DNA of 64,000 nucleotides, taken from an uncultured Actinomycetota bacterium. GTDB lineage: Bacteria > Actinomycetota > Actinomycetes > Mycobacteriales > Mycobacteriaceae. The notes under the pieces are model-generated. The model made no database searches and had not been told where the DNA came from. It saw only the letters and a program-made list of their open reading frames with translations. Where the stretch lies: the NCBI GenBank assembly GCA_963839345.1, contig CAWIUP010000003.1:448-64447 (forward strand), given 5' to 3'. Position 1 is the stretch's first letter. Each line of letters starts with the position of its first letter. Positions 10,125 to 18,951 of this stretch are shown here, one piece after another. A program made the translations under genes and the position numbers.

Positions 10125-11009
10125 CTACGCCGGATGCAGCGGTTGGCGGTAGACAGCGGCACCGGCAGTGACTCCCGCGCCGGCGGCAATGAGCAGAAGG
10201 CGGGCGCCCGGCGAGAGTTCTTCGCCCGCACAACTCAGTGCCGACACCAGCGAGGCGGTATGCATGCTCTCGTCGTCGGCGACGATGATCCGTTCCACCG
10301 GTATTGCGAGTTTGGCGGCCAGTGCCGCACGATAGCCGTGCCGGGCCGGCGAGGCGACGATGATGTCGATGTCGGAAAGGCCGAGCGCGGCCTCCTGAAG
10401 ACAGCTTTGGGCCACCTGGGCGCCGGCCTCGGCGAATTGCTCGTCCATCGCGGCCGACCCGCTGAATCGAAGCACATTACGCGCGTCTTCGAGTCCGACA
10501 GTGGCGCGGAAGCTCTCACCGTCATCGGGGATGTTCACCCAGTGCACACTGCCGAGTCCGGAGTCGTCCTCGCTCCAGTCGCACAACAGTGCCGCCCCGA
10601 CGGAGGAGAACGGAAAGTGCTCGCTCATCCCGTGCCCCGGGTCGGCGTCACTGGTGACGACCAGGGCGCAATTGATGGTGTGTGACCGCAGAAAGCCGTC
10701 GACGATCTGCAGCGCGGTGAGGATTCCGCACGTTCCGTTCGCTATGTCGAACGAGAACGTGCCGTGAGCATCGTCGTGTGGGTCCTCGGCGTTAGCCCCG
10801 ATGTCCTCCTGGATGAGCGCCGCGAGGGCCGGCTCGGCCAGATTCTTGTCGCGGTAGATGCCGGTATTGATCAGAAGGTCTACGTCGTCGGGCTCCCGGC
10901 CCGCTCGTTGCAGACAGCTCTTCGCGGCCGCGACCGCCAGACGCAGTGCGCTGTGACGGGTGCGCCAACCTGCTCGGGTAACGTCGAGGCGCTCAATCAC
11001 TGTGCCCAT
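10125..11009 (-). CDS. FabH/KAS III-fold protein with a non-canonical active site
   Basis: Collinear similarity to the neighbouring KAS III (FDIANGTCG vs FDLSNACAG; GAALL; HTASLVSAL; LIAAGAG). The catalytic His/Asn positions are not conserved. Confidence 0.75.
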   Translation of the reverse strand: MGTVIERLDVTRAGWRTRHSALRLAVAAAKSCLQRAGREPDDVDLLINTGIYRDKNLAEPALAALIQEDIGANAEDPHDDAHGTFSFDIANGTCGILTALQIVDGFLRSHTINCALVVTSDADPGHGMSEHFPFSSVGAALLCDWSEDDSGLGSVHWVNIPDDGESFRATVGLEDARNVLRFSGSAAMDEQFAEAGAQVAQSCLQEAALGLSDIDIIVASPARHGYRAALAAKLAIPVERIIVADDESMHTASLVSALSCAGEELSPGARLLLIAAGAGVTAGAAVYRQPLHPA

Positions 11010-12090
11010 AGCGACCTACCAAATCCTCGTCCACGATGAGGAGAACGACGCCGATCTCCAGACCTGATGCCAGCGCAATCAAGGCGACGGTTTCGCCCGG
11101 CCGGATCCGCCCGGCTTCGAGTTCTTCCACGAGGGCCACCGTGTGGGTCGTCGACGCTGTGTTTCCGTACCGATCGACGGTGATCACGGCGTCGTGCCGC
11201 GGGCTGTCACCCAGTGAAGCGGACACCGCGGCCATCCCCTTGCGTATCGCCCGGGCGGAGGTCTGATGCGTGATCACGTGATCGATGTCGTGCATCGCGA
11301 TGCCGGCTGCTTCGAGGACTTCGTGCAGTAAGAGCGGGGTGTCTGCAATGGCTGCCCGCTGGATCCCGCGGGAATCAGTAAACATCCGGGCACCGGGATC
11401 ATGCCCCTTCGGGTAGGCAAGGCACAGCCGGCTGTGGTCAGCAACCGTGGTGAAACCGGCGAGGCTGATGCCACCAGACTCGGAGGTGGCACGTTCGAGC
11501 AGAAGTGCCGCTCCCGCGTCGCCCAGTGTCAGGCAGGCGAGTTCTTTGCTCATGATGTTGTGGATATGCCGGGCCGCATTCTGGCCGAGTTGCGAGATGT
11601 ATTCGCCGCTGACCACCAAACCGCGCTCGACCCTTCCCTGCCGGATCCAATCGTTGAGCACCGTGACACCGGTCAGCATTCCAGCACATGCGTTGGACAG
11701 GTCGAAGGTCACTGCTTTCTCAGCCCCGATCGCACGGGCAACGGCACTACTCATCGTCGGCTCTACCCACTGCGTAAGGCCGCCACGAAACTTCGTGATA
11801 CTGCAACTGATCACCACATCGAGCGACGCCGCCTGCTGTTGTGCCTTGTCCAGGCAATCCAGCGCCGCCGAAGTTGCAAGGCTGTAAGAGTCCTCGTCGC
11901 CGATCGAGACGCGACGTTCGTAGATGCCGGTCAGTCGTTCCAAATCGATGTGCGTGTGATGACGCGTAGTCGCCATCAATTCGTCAGTTGTGAGCACAGT
12001 GGTAGGCAGATGCCGCCCAGCCCCGGCCAATCGGGCGCGAAAAGGCGCCGCGGGTCCATTACCCTCGATCACCAACCAGTTCTTGGGCAT
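10993..12090 (-). CDS. 3-oxoacyl-ACP synthase III (FabH-like) family protein
   Basis: Cys-His-Asn triad visible: NACAG, THQTS, YGNTAS. Also has the GDAGAALLL motif. Confidence 0.9.
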   Translation of the reverse strand: MPKNWLVIEGNGPAAPFRARLAGAGRHLPTTVLTTDELMATTRHHTHIDLERLTGIYERRVSIGDEDSYSLATSAALDCLDKAQQQAASLDVVISCSITKFRGGLTQWVEPTMSSAVARAIGAEKAVTFDLSNACAGMLTGVTVLNDWIRQGRVERGLVVSGEYISQLGQNAARHIHNIMSKELACLTLGDAGAALLLERATSESGGISLAGFTTVADHSRLCLAYPKGHDPGARMFTDSRGIQRAAIADTPLLLHEVLEAAGIAMHDIDHVITHQTSARAIRKGMAAVSASLGDSPRHDAVITVDRYGNTASTTHTVALVEELEAGRIRPGETVALIALASGLEIGVVLLIVDEDLVGRYGHSD

Positions 12091-12207
12091 TCGTCACTCC
12101 TCCTTCACTTTCGTAGGATGGGTCACGACGGCACCGGCCGCCAGAGCATTTGGACCTTAATGCGGGAGCGATTGAACTCCGTCGCGTGGGGACATCCGGC
12201 GGACAGA

Positions 12208-12227
12208 TCGGTGACCAAAGCCCTCCG
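12208..12227. promoter_or_regulatory. DosR-box-like site TCGGTGACCAAAGCCCTCCG upstream of the KAS III-pfkB-otsB1 operon
   Basis: 13/20 match to TTSGGGACTWWAGTCCCSAA, about 120 bp upstream of the start at 12090. Confidence 0.5.
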
Positions 12228-12409
12228 GCCCGAGGAGTTGGTGGTCGACGCTAGCGAAGTGACCAACACGGAAAGCGCGCCCGTCGGCGAAACGTAGTGA
12301 AGCCGTTAACCAACCTCAGTCACCGATCGCGGGGTCCCCGAGGCGGGAAAACAGTCGAAAAGGCGAACACGCTCGGGATCACAACCACCGTGAAGACGGT
12401 GCGTGATGA

Positions 12410-13540
12410 TCAGGGCAGCGGTGCTGACCAGCGCAGCACGGTGCCTCCGCCGGGAGCATCCGCGATGCTGAACGCGCCGCCGGTCTGCTGCGCACGGTGA
12501 TGCAAGCTGGTCAAGGCACTGCCGGTGATGCCGCCGGCGACGCCTCGACCGTTATCGATAACCTCGATGCACACGTCGTCCTCAACCTTGACCGTCAGCG
12601 CAAGTGTGGTCGCGCCAGCATGCCGGACAGCGTTGCTGACCGCTTCGCGCACAACGGCTTCGGCGTGATCGGCGAGTGCAGCATCGACAACCGACAAGGG
12701 GCCCAGGAATTGAACTGTGGTACGCAGTTCGGATCCGCAGCACTGCGCGACTGCGTCGCCGAGACGCTGTCGCAGCCGGATGATGCCCGGCGGTGCGCCG
12801 TGCAGGTCGAAAATTGCGGTGCGGATCTCCTGAATGACGCCTTGAAGATCATCAATGCTGCCGGACAATCTCTGCTGCACCTCAGTTGATCGCGCCCGCT
12901 GAATGGTCCCCTGCAGAGCCAGTTCGACCGCGAAGATCTGCTGGATCACGTGGTGGTGCAGGTCGCGGGCGATCCTGTCGCGGTCAGCGAGAATAGCGAG
13001 TTCACGCATCTGGCGCTGCGTGGACCCCAGCTGCCAGGCGAGCGCCGCCTGGTCGGTGAATGCGGCCATCATGTCGAGTTGCTCGTCACCAAACGTCCGG
13101 GCGCCGGCATGCCGCAGCGCGACCAAAACCCCGGCCACGGCATCGGTGGTGCGCAGCGGAAGCACCAGCGCTGGGCCGGCATGTTCGACGCCGTCGATGG
13201 CGACGTCGAAGTTGTTGAGTCGTCGAGGGGTCCGCTCCACGAAGGCCTGCCCGATCGAAGTACCGGCGAGGGGGATGGCATGGGCCGGCGCCGAGGTCAT
13301 TGCAACACCGGCGGTTTCCACGATCATCAGATCGGCCACCTCCGACGTGGGTATGTCGTGGTTGATTGCGACGGCGAAAAGCGTGATTTCTGCACCCGTC
13401 AGCTTCAGCGCCTGTTGGACGATGGGCCGATATACCGTTGCGGGCATCGGCGCCGCAGAGTAGTTCGGTTCCGATATCACGCGTCGCTTCGCTACTTCAA
13501 CAGCAGACTTGGTCATTCCGATCACCTCAGATGTCGTCAT
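12410..13540 (-). CDS. DosS/DevS-like sensor histidine kinase with a single GAF domain (GAF-B + HisKA_3 + HATPase)
   Basis: EQLDMMAAFTDQAALAWQL, DRDRIARDLH, EAVVREAVSNAVRH, IEVIDNGRG and TVLRWSAPL closely follow the C-terminal part of DosS as recalled. Confidence 0.88.
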   Translation of the reverse strand: MTTSEVIGMTKSAVEVAKRRVISEPNYSAAPMPATVYRPIVQQALKLTGAEITLFAVAINHDIPTSEVADLMIVETAGVAMTSAPAHAIPLAGTSIGQAFVERTPRRLNNFDVAIDGVEHAGPALVLPLRTTDAVAGVLVALRHAGARTFGDEQLDMMAAFTDQAALAWQLGSTQRQMRELAILADRDRIARDLHHHVIQQIFAVELALQGTIQRARSTEVQQRLSGSIDDLQGVIQEIRTAIFDLHGAPPGIIRLRQRLGDAVAQCCGSELRTTVQFLGPLSVVDAALADHAEAVVREAVSNAVRHAGATTLALTVKVEDDVCIEVIDNGRGVAGGITGSALTSLHHRAQQTGGAFSIADAPGGGTVLRWSAPLP

Positions 13541-13618
13541 TGCGCGCGGTTCCAGGTCCAGCAGTTCTGGTTCGAGAGGGTCCGGCTCGTCATCGTGGTG
13601 CCGGGTTCCAGCGGCTGG

Positions 13619-14512
13619 TCACGGGGTTCCAGCCGCCTTGATCTCGAGTCCGGCAACCAGGCCGTTCGCGAGCGGCTGCCAGGGTTGCGTTGACGTGTCG
13701 GCGCCATTCGCAGTGGTGACCGGTTGGGTCGGGGCCGCGGCGGCCGCACTTTCTCTGGCGAGGAAGGTGCCCAGTTCACCGATCGCACTCATTAGCGGCG
13801 CCGGGAACACGATGGTGGTGTTCTTCTCCACCCCGAGTTCGACAAGCGTTTGCAGGTTGCGCAGTTGCAAAGCCAACGGGTGCGCCATCATCGTGTCCGA
13901 CGCGTCGCCCAACGCGGCCGCTGCCATCGATTCCCCTTCTGCCGCAATAATTTTGGCGCGCTTCTCGCGCTCGGCCTCGGCTTGCCGAGCCATCGCGCGC
14001 TTCATGCTGTCAGGCAGCTGGATGTCTTTGAGCTCGACCAGTGTTACTTCGACACCCCATTCGAGTGTTGCGACGTCGAGGATCTTTCGGATATCGGCGT
14101 TGATCGCGTCGGTCTCCGATAGCGCCTGGTCAAGGGTGTGCTGGCCGACGACATTGCGCAGCGTGGTCTGCGCGATCTGGTTGATCGCGGCGTGGACGTT
14201 CTCGATGGCGATCACCGACTTCACCGGATCGACAACCCGGAAGTAGGCGACCGCCGAAATGTCGACGCTGACGTTGTCGCGGGTGATGATGCCCTGGGAC
14301 TGGATCGGCATCGTGACAATTCGCAATGAGACCTTCATCAGCCGATCGATGACCGGGATGATCACGGTCAGTCCGGGGTTCTTAACACCCACCACCTTGC
14401 CGAGGCGGAACAACACGCCGTTCTCGTACTGGGTCACCACTCTGAGCGACAGCGACAACGCGATCAGGGCGACAACGAGGAGAACGAGAACCAGGATCAT
14501 CAAAGCTTTCAT
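13619..14512 (-). CDS. SPFH/slipin (stomatin-like) membrane protein
   Basis: N-terminal TM segment, [26 protein letters not shown] and [16 protein letters not shown]. Start placed at ATG 14512. Confidence 0.93.
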   Translation of the reverse strand: MKALMILVLVLLVVALIALSLSLRVVTQYENGVLFRLGKVVGVKNPGLTVIIPVIDRLMKVSLRIVTMPIQSQGIITRDNVSVDISAVAYFRVVDPVKSVIAIENVHAAINQIAQTTLRNVVGQHTLDQALSETDAINADIRKILDVATLEWGVEVTLVELKDIQLPDSMKRAMARQAEAEREKRAKIIAAEGESMAAAALGDASDTMMAHPLALQLRNLQTLVELGVEKNTTIVFPAPLMSAIGELGTFLARESAAAAAPTQPVTTANGADTSTQPWQPLANGLVAGLEIKAAGTP

Positions 14513-15066
14513 GGCATGCCCTTCATCGATATCGAGGAATCTAGGGTTTGCCCTCAGTCGGCGATGAAGCCGTTGTTGCGCATGAGGGAATCTGCGAGGC
14601 GCGCCCGTCGTCGGAATCTGTTGCGCCAGCAGGCAGGTGGGTTGATGACCGCGGTACACATTGGTCACCATCGGCTCGTTGACCGGGTCGTCGAGCAGGG
14701 AAATGCCGGTGTTGGCACAGAAAAGCAAGTGAAGTGGTCATGGTGACCTGACGTGCATTGGATCACCGGGTGCGAGGGTCCGGAGCCAATGCTCCTTGAG
14801 TTTCGCGGCGGACGGCTGAACTCATCCCGGACCAGCTGACATTCTCAGCGCTCTTGACGCTACACCCGTTGGACGGCTCGCGGTGACCAAGCGACTCATC
14901 AATCCCGCGTCCCGTTGTCGGCGTAGCAAACTACAGGCGCGACACTGTCTTTCTGCTCCGCCGCCGGCGTACGATCAGCTTGACAACCATCTCGTGACGC
15001 TTGCGCCACGATGGCGCTGGGCTTCGGCGTCGATTCCCAGCTCCGCCACGACTATTAAGCGCAGGT

Positions 15067-15870
15067 ATGACGGAGTTCACCGAAAACGCCGACGGGTTAC
15101 CGTTGGGGTCGCTGAGCGCGCAGCAAGCTAGCGCTGAAGCCGCCGACTTGCGGGCCGGGATCGACGACCTGGCCGGCTTGGTGGCGGGCAGTCTGGGGTT
15201 GCCTGAGTTGCTGGCCGAGGTGTCGACGTTCGCTGTGCACGCGATACCGGGCGCCGAGGGTGCCGGGGTGACCTTGCTGCGGGTCGACCGGGTGGACAAC
15301 ATGGTGGAGGCGTTGGCCGCGAGTGCACCGTTTGTTGCCGAGATCGACGAAATTCAGTACGTGACCCTCAAGGAGGGGCCTTGCATCACCGCGGCGCTGG
15401 AGCGGCGCACGGTGCGGTCCGGGTCGTTGGGTGGGGAGAAGATGTGGCCGCGGTTCGGTCCGCGAGTGGGCCGCTTGGGCGTGCACAGTGCGCTGTCGCT
15501 GCCGCTGCTGCTCTCGGGCCAGGCGATCGGGGCGATCAATGTCTACGCCCACGGCAAAGACGTCTTCGATGAGCACGCCGCCGAACTGGGGGAACTGTTC
15601 GCCAAACCCGCTGCGGTGGCGGTGCATAACGCCCAGGTGCTCGCGCACGCGATGGCGCTGACCGCTCAGTTGCAGAAGGCGCTGTCGACGCGCCCGGTGA
15701 TCGATCAAGCGATCGGCCTGCTCCGGGGGCGCAGCGGGCGCAGCGCCGAGGAGGCGTTCACTCAGTTGCGGGCGATCAGCCAAACCGAACACCGTAAATT
15801 GGCTGAGGTGGCCCAACACATCGTCGATGAAGCCGTGCGCCGCGCCCGCGCCCGACGCGACCCGATCTGA
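15067..15870 (+). CDS. GAF and ANTAR domain-containing protein
   Basis: GAF region (DEIQY...EGPC...SALSLPL...GAINVY) followed by ANTAR (TRPVIDQAIGLL...AEEAFTQLRAISQTEHRKLAEVA). Confidence 0.92.
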   Translation: MTEFTENADGLPLGSLSAQQASAEAADLRAGIDDLAGLVAGSLGLPELLAEVSTFAVHAIPGAEGAGVTLLRVDRVDNMVEALAASAPFVAEIDEIQYVTLKEGPCITAALERRTVRSGSLGGEKMWPRFGPRVGRLGVHSALSLPLLLSGQAIGAINVYAHGKDVFDEHAAELGELFAKPAAVAVHNAQVLAHAMALTAQLQKALSTRPVIDQAIGLLRGRSGRSAEEAFTQLRAISQTEHRKLAEVAQHIVDEAVRRARARRDPI

Positions 15871-16063
15871 GCCCTAACCACCAAGCCGGCCTGTAGGCGA
15901 ACTGCCGCTGCACGGTGTAGCGCGCGTAGGTTGGAGGGTGGGAAACAGTCAACGCGACGAGTCCTGGCTTGCGTCGCGCATTTCCCACCCTGCAGGCGAC
16001 TCGCCTGTTCGGCACCGGCAGGCTCGATCCGCGCTCGGGCGCGCCCAGCGGAGCAATCTCGTC

Positions 16064-16684
16064 ATGAACATCAGTGCGGCCCTGGCCGCCGATTTGGGCA
16101 TCCTCACCGCCGCCCTGGATGAGCCCGGCGCCGATGTGCTGCATAGTTTGCATCAATTGGAGGTCGGCGCCCAATCGGCGGTGCCCACCTATCTCGGTCT
16201 GAGCGTGATCGTCGACGGCGGCGATCCGTCGTTCAGCTTCACCACCCTCGAGGACGGCACGGCCGACAATGTTCGCACCTCGCTCCGGCTGACGCTGCCG
16301 GCCCGTGTCGGTGACGGCCGGGCAGCGCCTTTGGTTGCCCTCATCCTCTACGCGGAGACACCCGGAACATTTGTCGACCTCACTGCCGACCTGGCGTGGC
16401 TAACCGGCCGTCCGCCAAGCGACTTCACGCTCGATCAGCACCTGGGCGTCCCTTCCGGCTCTGACGCCGCGACATGTCTGCGAACGGCGTCGGTCATCAA
16501 CCAGGCCATCGGGGTACTCATCGGCCGCGGCGACACCCCGCGGCAAGCACATTCGAAGTTGGACACCCAAGCTGATGGCGCGCGCACCGATCGATACACC
16601 GCCGCGCAGTTCATTCTCGACGCGCTCACTGCCGCGGACCCGGCCGACGCCGAGCGCGCCGATCAGGAGTCCAACATGGGCTGA
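16064..16684 (+). CDS. ANTAR domain-containing protein with a degenerate GAF-like N-terminus
   Basis: C-terminal ASVINQAIGVLIGRG...AHSKL...TAAQFIL. Start placed at ATG 16064. Confidence 0.75.
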   Translation: MNISAALAADLGILTAALDEPGADVLHSLHQLEVGAQSAVPTYLGLSVIVDGGDPSFSFTTLEDGTADNVRTSLRLTLPARVGDGRAAPLVALILYAETPGTFVDLTADLAWLTGRPPSDFTLDQHLGVPSGSDAATCLRTASVINQAIGVLIGRGDTPRQAHSKLDTQADGARTDRYTAAQFILDALTAADPADAERADQESNMG

Positions 16685-17002
16685 GTCTGCTGTCCTCGAT
16701 CGTGCGGATGACCTTCTCCGTCGGCGTAATCCGTTCGACGAACACGTCATGCCACATGTGAACACCCTTCTGTTGCGGGCCGGGTCGTCGCGCGAGTCAT
16801 TGAGCTCCAACGGGGCCCGCGCGCCCGGCTCTCCCCAGACACCGAACGCTGCCAGGCTCTTACCACCGGCTGCACATCTGCAATCACCACGGCCACACCG
16901 GACTCGGCGGCCAACCACTGCTACCCGTGTGGCTGACCTGTCAGGTCAGAACATCTGGCCGGGGGTACCCGGCAGGTGTAGCGTTGTTGTTGTTGAGCCC
17001 TT

Positions 17003-17090
17003 CAGCCAGTCCGGAAAGAGTTTGGCTGCACGCCGCTAAACTTGATGAGCGTTTGCTCGCGCCGCACATTTCAACGTCTGCCCGTTGCAT
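17003..17090 (+). repeat. Copy A (most diverged) of a three-copy non-coding element
   Basis: CAGCCAGTCCGG-N16-CGCCGCT-N9-GAGC-GTTT-GCTCGCGCCG, the same block spacing as the copy at 21229. Confidence 0.7.
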
Positions 17091-17339
17091 TCGAAGACAG
17101 CATGCGCACTGCGCTCATTCCTCGTTCACCCGGAATTCGGAGGACCACCCACTCCGCGTTCACCCAACCCGATAGTGTCAGTTTGCCAATGATGCCGGTT
17201 ATACCCGCCCGTGCACCGAAGGGCGCGCCGATCAGCCGGGGGCAACGCCAAACCGGCGCGAGCCAAGCTAAATGACGCGTTCAATTACTGACCCGGGCAA
17301 TCCTCCTCCAAATATCCACGCAGAAACCAGGTAAACGTC

Positions 17340-17519
17340 ATGATCGGCCTCGGAATCATCCTTATCGTCCTCGGGCTCCTCCTCCCTGCACTCGTCCCTA
17401 CCTTCGCCTATGCCCATATTTGCTTGGTCATCGGGATCATCCTCCTCGTCGTCGGCCTGCTACTAATGCTGATGGGACGGATGGGACACGCCGTCGGCGG
17501 TCGCCGCCACTACTACTGA
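17340..17519 (+). CDS. Small membrane protein, DUF6131-like (59 aa; below the ORF-track cutoff)
   Basis: MIGLGIILIVLGLLLP...IGIILLVVGLLLMLMGRMGHAVGGRRHYY*: two TM helices and the characteristic VGGRRHYY tail. Confidence 0.85.
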   Translation: MIGLGIILIVLGLLLPALVPTFAYAHICLVIGIILLVVGLLLMLMGRMGHAVGGRRHYY

Positions 17520-17596
17520 CCCGCCCGATGTACTCCCCGGCTCGGCTAGCAGTGTCTGGCCGAGCCAGGTGACATGAACCCGAAAGAAAGAAAACG

Positions 17597-18844
17597 ATGG
17601 CGATTACTGACGTTCCGGCCTTCGCTCACCTGACCGACCCCGACATCGAAAATCTGGCCGTTGAGCTAGATGCGATCAGGCTGGACATCGAGGATTCCCT
17701 CGGCGAGCGCGACGCGCGCTACATCCGCCGCACCATCGCCGCGCAACGTGCTCTAGATCTCGCCGGCCGGCTCATGCTGGCCGGTAGCTCGAAACGCGCG
17801 GCATGGTGGGCGGGAACGGCGACGCTCGGTCTGGCCAAGATCATCGAGAACATGGAGATCGGCCACAACGTCATGCACGGCCAGTGGGACTGGATGAACG
17901 ATCCCGAAATCCACTCCTCGACATGGGAGTGGGACATGAGCGGGGCGTCAAAGCACTGGCGCTTCACCCATAACTTTCAGCACCACAAATACACCAACAT
18001 CCTTGGCATGGACGACGACGTGGGCTACAGCACCTTGCGAGTCACCCGTGATCAGCCTTGGAAGGGCTACAACATCGGCAACCTGCTGTTCAACACCATC
18101 CTGGCACTCGGATTCGAGTGGGGAATTGGCTTGCAGCCCATCGAGTTCGGCAAGATCCTCGAGGGCGGCTCTGATCGCGACGCCACCCTCCTGCAGGTGC
18201 GCGAGTTCTCAATCAAGGCCGGAAGGCAGGTGGTCAAGGACTACGTCGCGTTCCCGGCGCTGACCTCGCTGTCGCCGGTGGCCACGTACAAATCGACGCT
18301 GATGGCCAACATGGTGGCCAACGTGATCCGCAACGTCTGGGCCAACGCGGTGATCTTTTGTGGGCATTTCCCCGATGGCGCCGAGAAATTCACGAAGACC
18401 GACATGATCGGCGAAACCCGGGGTCAGTGGTATCTGCGCCAGATGCTGGGCAGCGCCAACTTTGAGGCCGGGCCGGCGATGCGGTTCATGAGCGGCAATC
18501 TGTGCCACCAGATCGAACACCACCTCTACCCCGATCTGCCCAGTAACCGGCTGCACGAGATCTCGGTGCGGGTCAGGCAGGTTTGCGACAAATACGACCT
18601 TCCGTACACCACGGGTTCGTTCCTGATGCAGTACGGCAAGACGTGGCGCACCATCGCCAAATTGTCGCTGCCGGACCACTACTTGCGTGACACCGCCGAC
18701 GACGCTCCGGAGACCCGCAGCGAGCGGATGTTCAGCGAACTGGAGCCCGGTTTCGCCGGGACCGACCTAGCCACAGGGCGCCGCCGCGGGCTCAAGACAG
18801 CGATCGCGGCGGTCCGCCAATGGCGCCGCGACCAGCGCAGATGA
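17597..18844 (+). CDS. Membrane-bound acyl-CoA/fatty acid desaturase (DesA3-like)
   Basis: His boxes HNVMH, HNFQHH and HQIEHH; N-terminus MAITDVPAFAHL typical of mycobacterial DesA3 paralogues. Confidence 0.94.
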   Translation: MAITDVPAFAHLTDPDIENLAVELDAIRLDIEDSLGERDARYIRRTIAAQRALDLAGRLMLAGSSKRAAWWAGTATLGLAKIIENMEIGHNVMHGQWDWMNDPEIHSSTWEWDMSGASKHWRFTHNFQHHKYTNILGMDDDVGYSTLRVTRDQPWKGYNIGNLLFNTILALGFEWGIGLQPIEFGKILEGGSDRDATLLQVREFSIKAGRQVVKDYVAFPALTSLSPVATYKSTLMANMVANVIRNVWANAVIFCGHFPDGAEKFTKTDMIGETRGQWYLRQMLGSANFEAGPAMRFMSGNLCHQIEHHLYPDLPSNRLHEISVRVRQVCDKYDLPYTTGSFLMQYGKTWRTIAKLSLPDHYLRDTADDAPETRSERMFSELEPGFAGTDLATGRRRGLKTAIAAVRQWRRDQRR

Positions 18845-18850
18845 CGGTGC

Positions 18851-18885
18851 GTTACTGGCCAGTAACCTACGGGACCGTAGGTTAC
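18851..18885. promoter_or_regulatory. Two overlapping palindromes (candidate operator): GTTACTGGCCAGTAAC and GTAACCTACGG-GA-CCGTAGGTTAC
   Basis: A perfect 16-bp palindrome at 18851-18866 and a perfect 11+11-bp inverted repeat at 18862-18885, in the gap between the desaturase and the hydrolase. Confidence 0.6.
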
Positions 18886-18951
18886 GTTATAGTCGGCTAG
18901 TAGTAGTCATGCCGGCATGGCAGAACACCCGTTGGATGGAGACCAGTTCAC

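Noticed and set aside
13603-13633. Short direct repeat GGGTTCCAGC
   Set aside because: Only two 10-bp copies at a gene end, with no array structure.
14553-14745. Possible decayed small gene upstream of the slipin (…[11 protein letters not shown]… and …[14 protein letters not shown] in different frames)
   Set aside because: No recognisable family and several frameshifts would be needed.
14782-14795. GGAGC-CAAT-GCTCC palindrome as a third DosR box
   Set aside because: Weak match to the consensus and far from the slipin start.
17254-17263. Inverted copy of GCTCGCGCCG about 190 nt from repeat copy A
   Set aside because: A GC-rich 10-mer without the other conserved blocks; plausible by chance.
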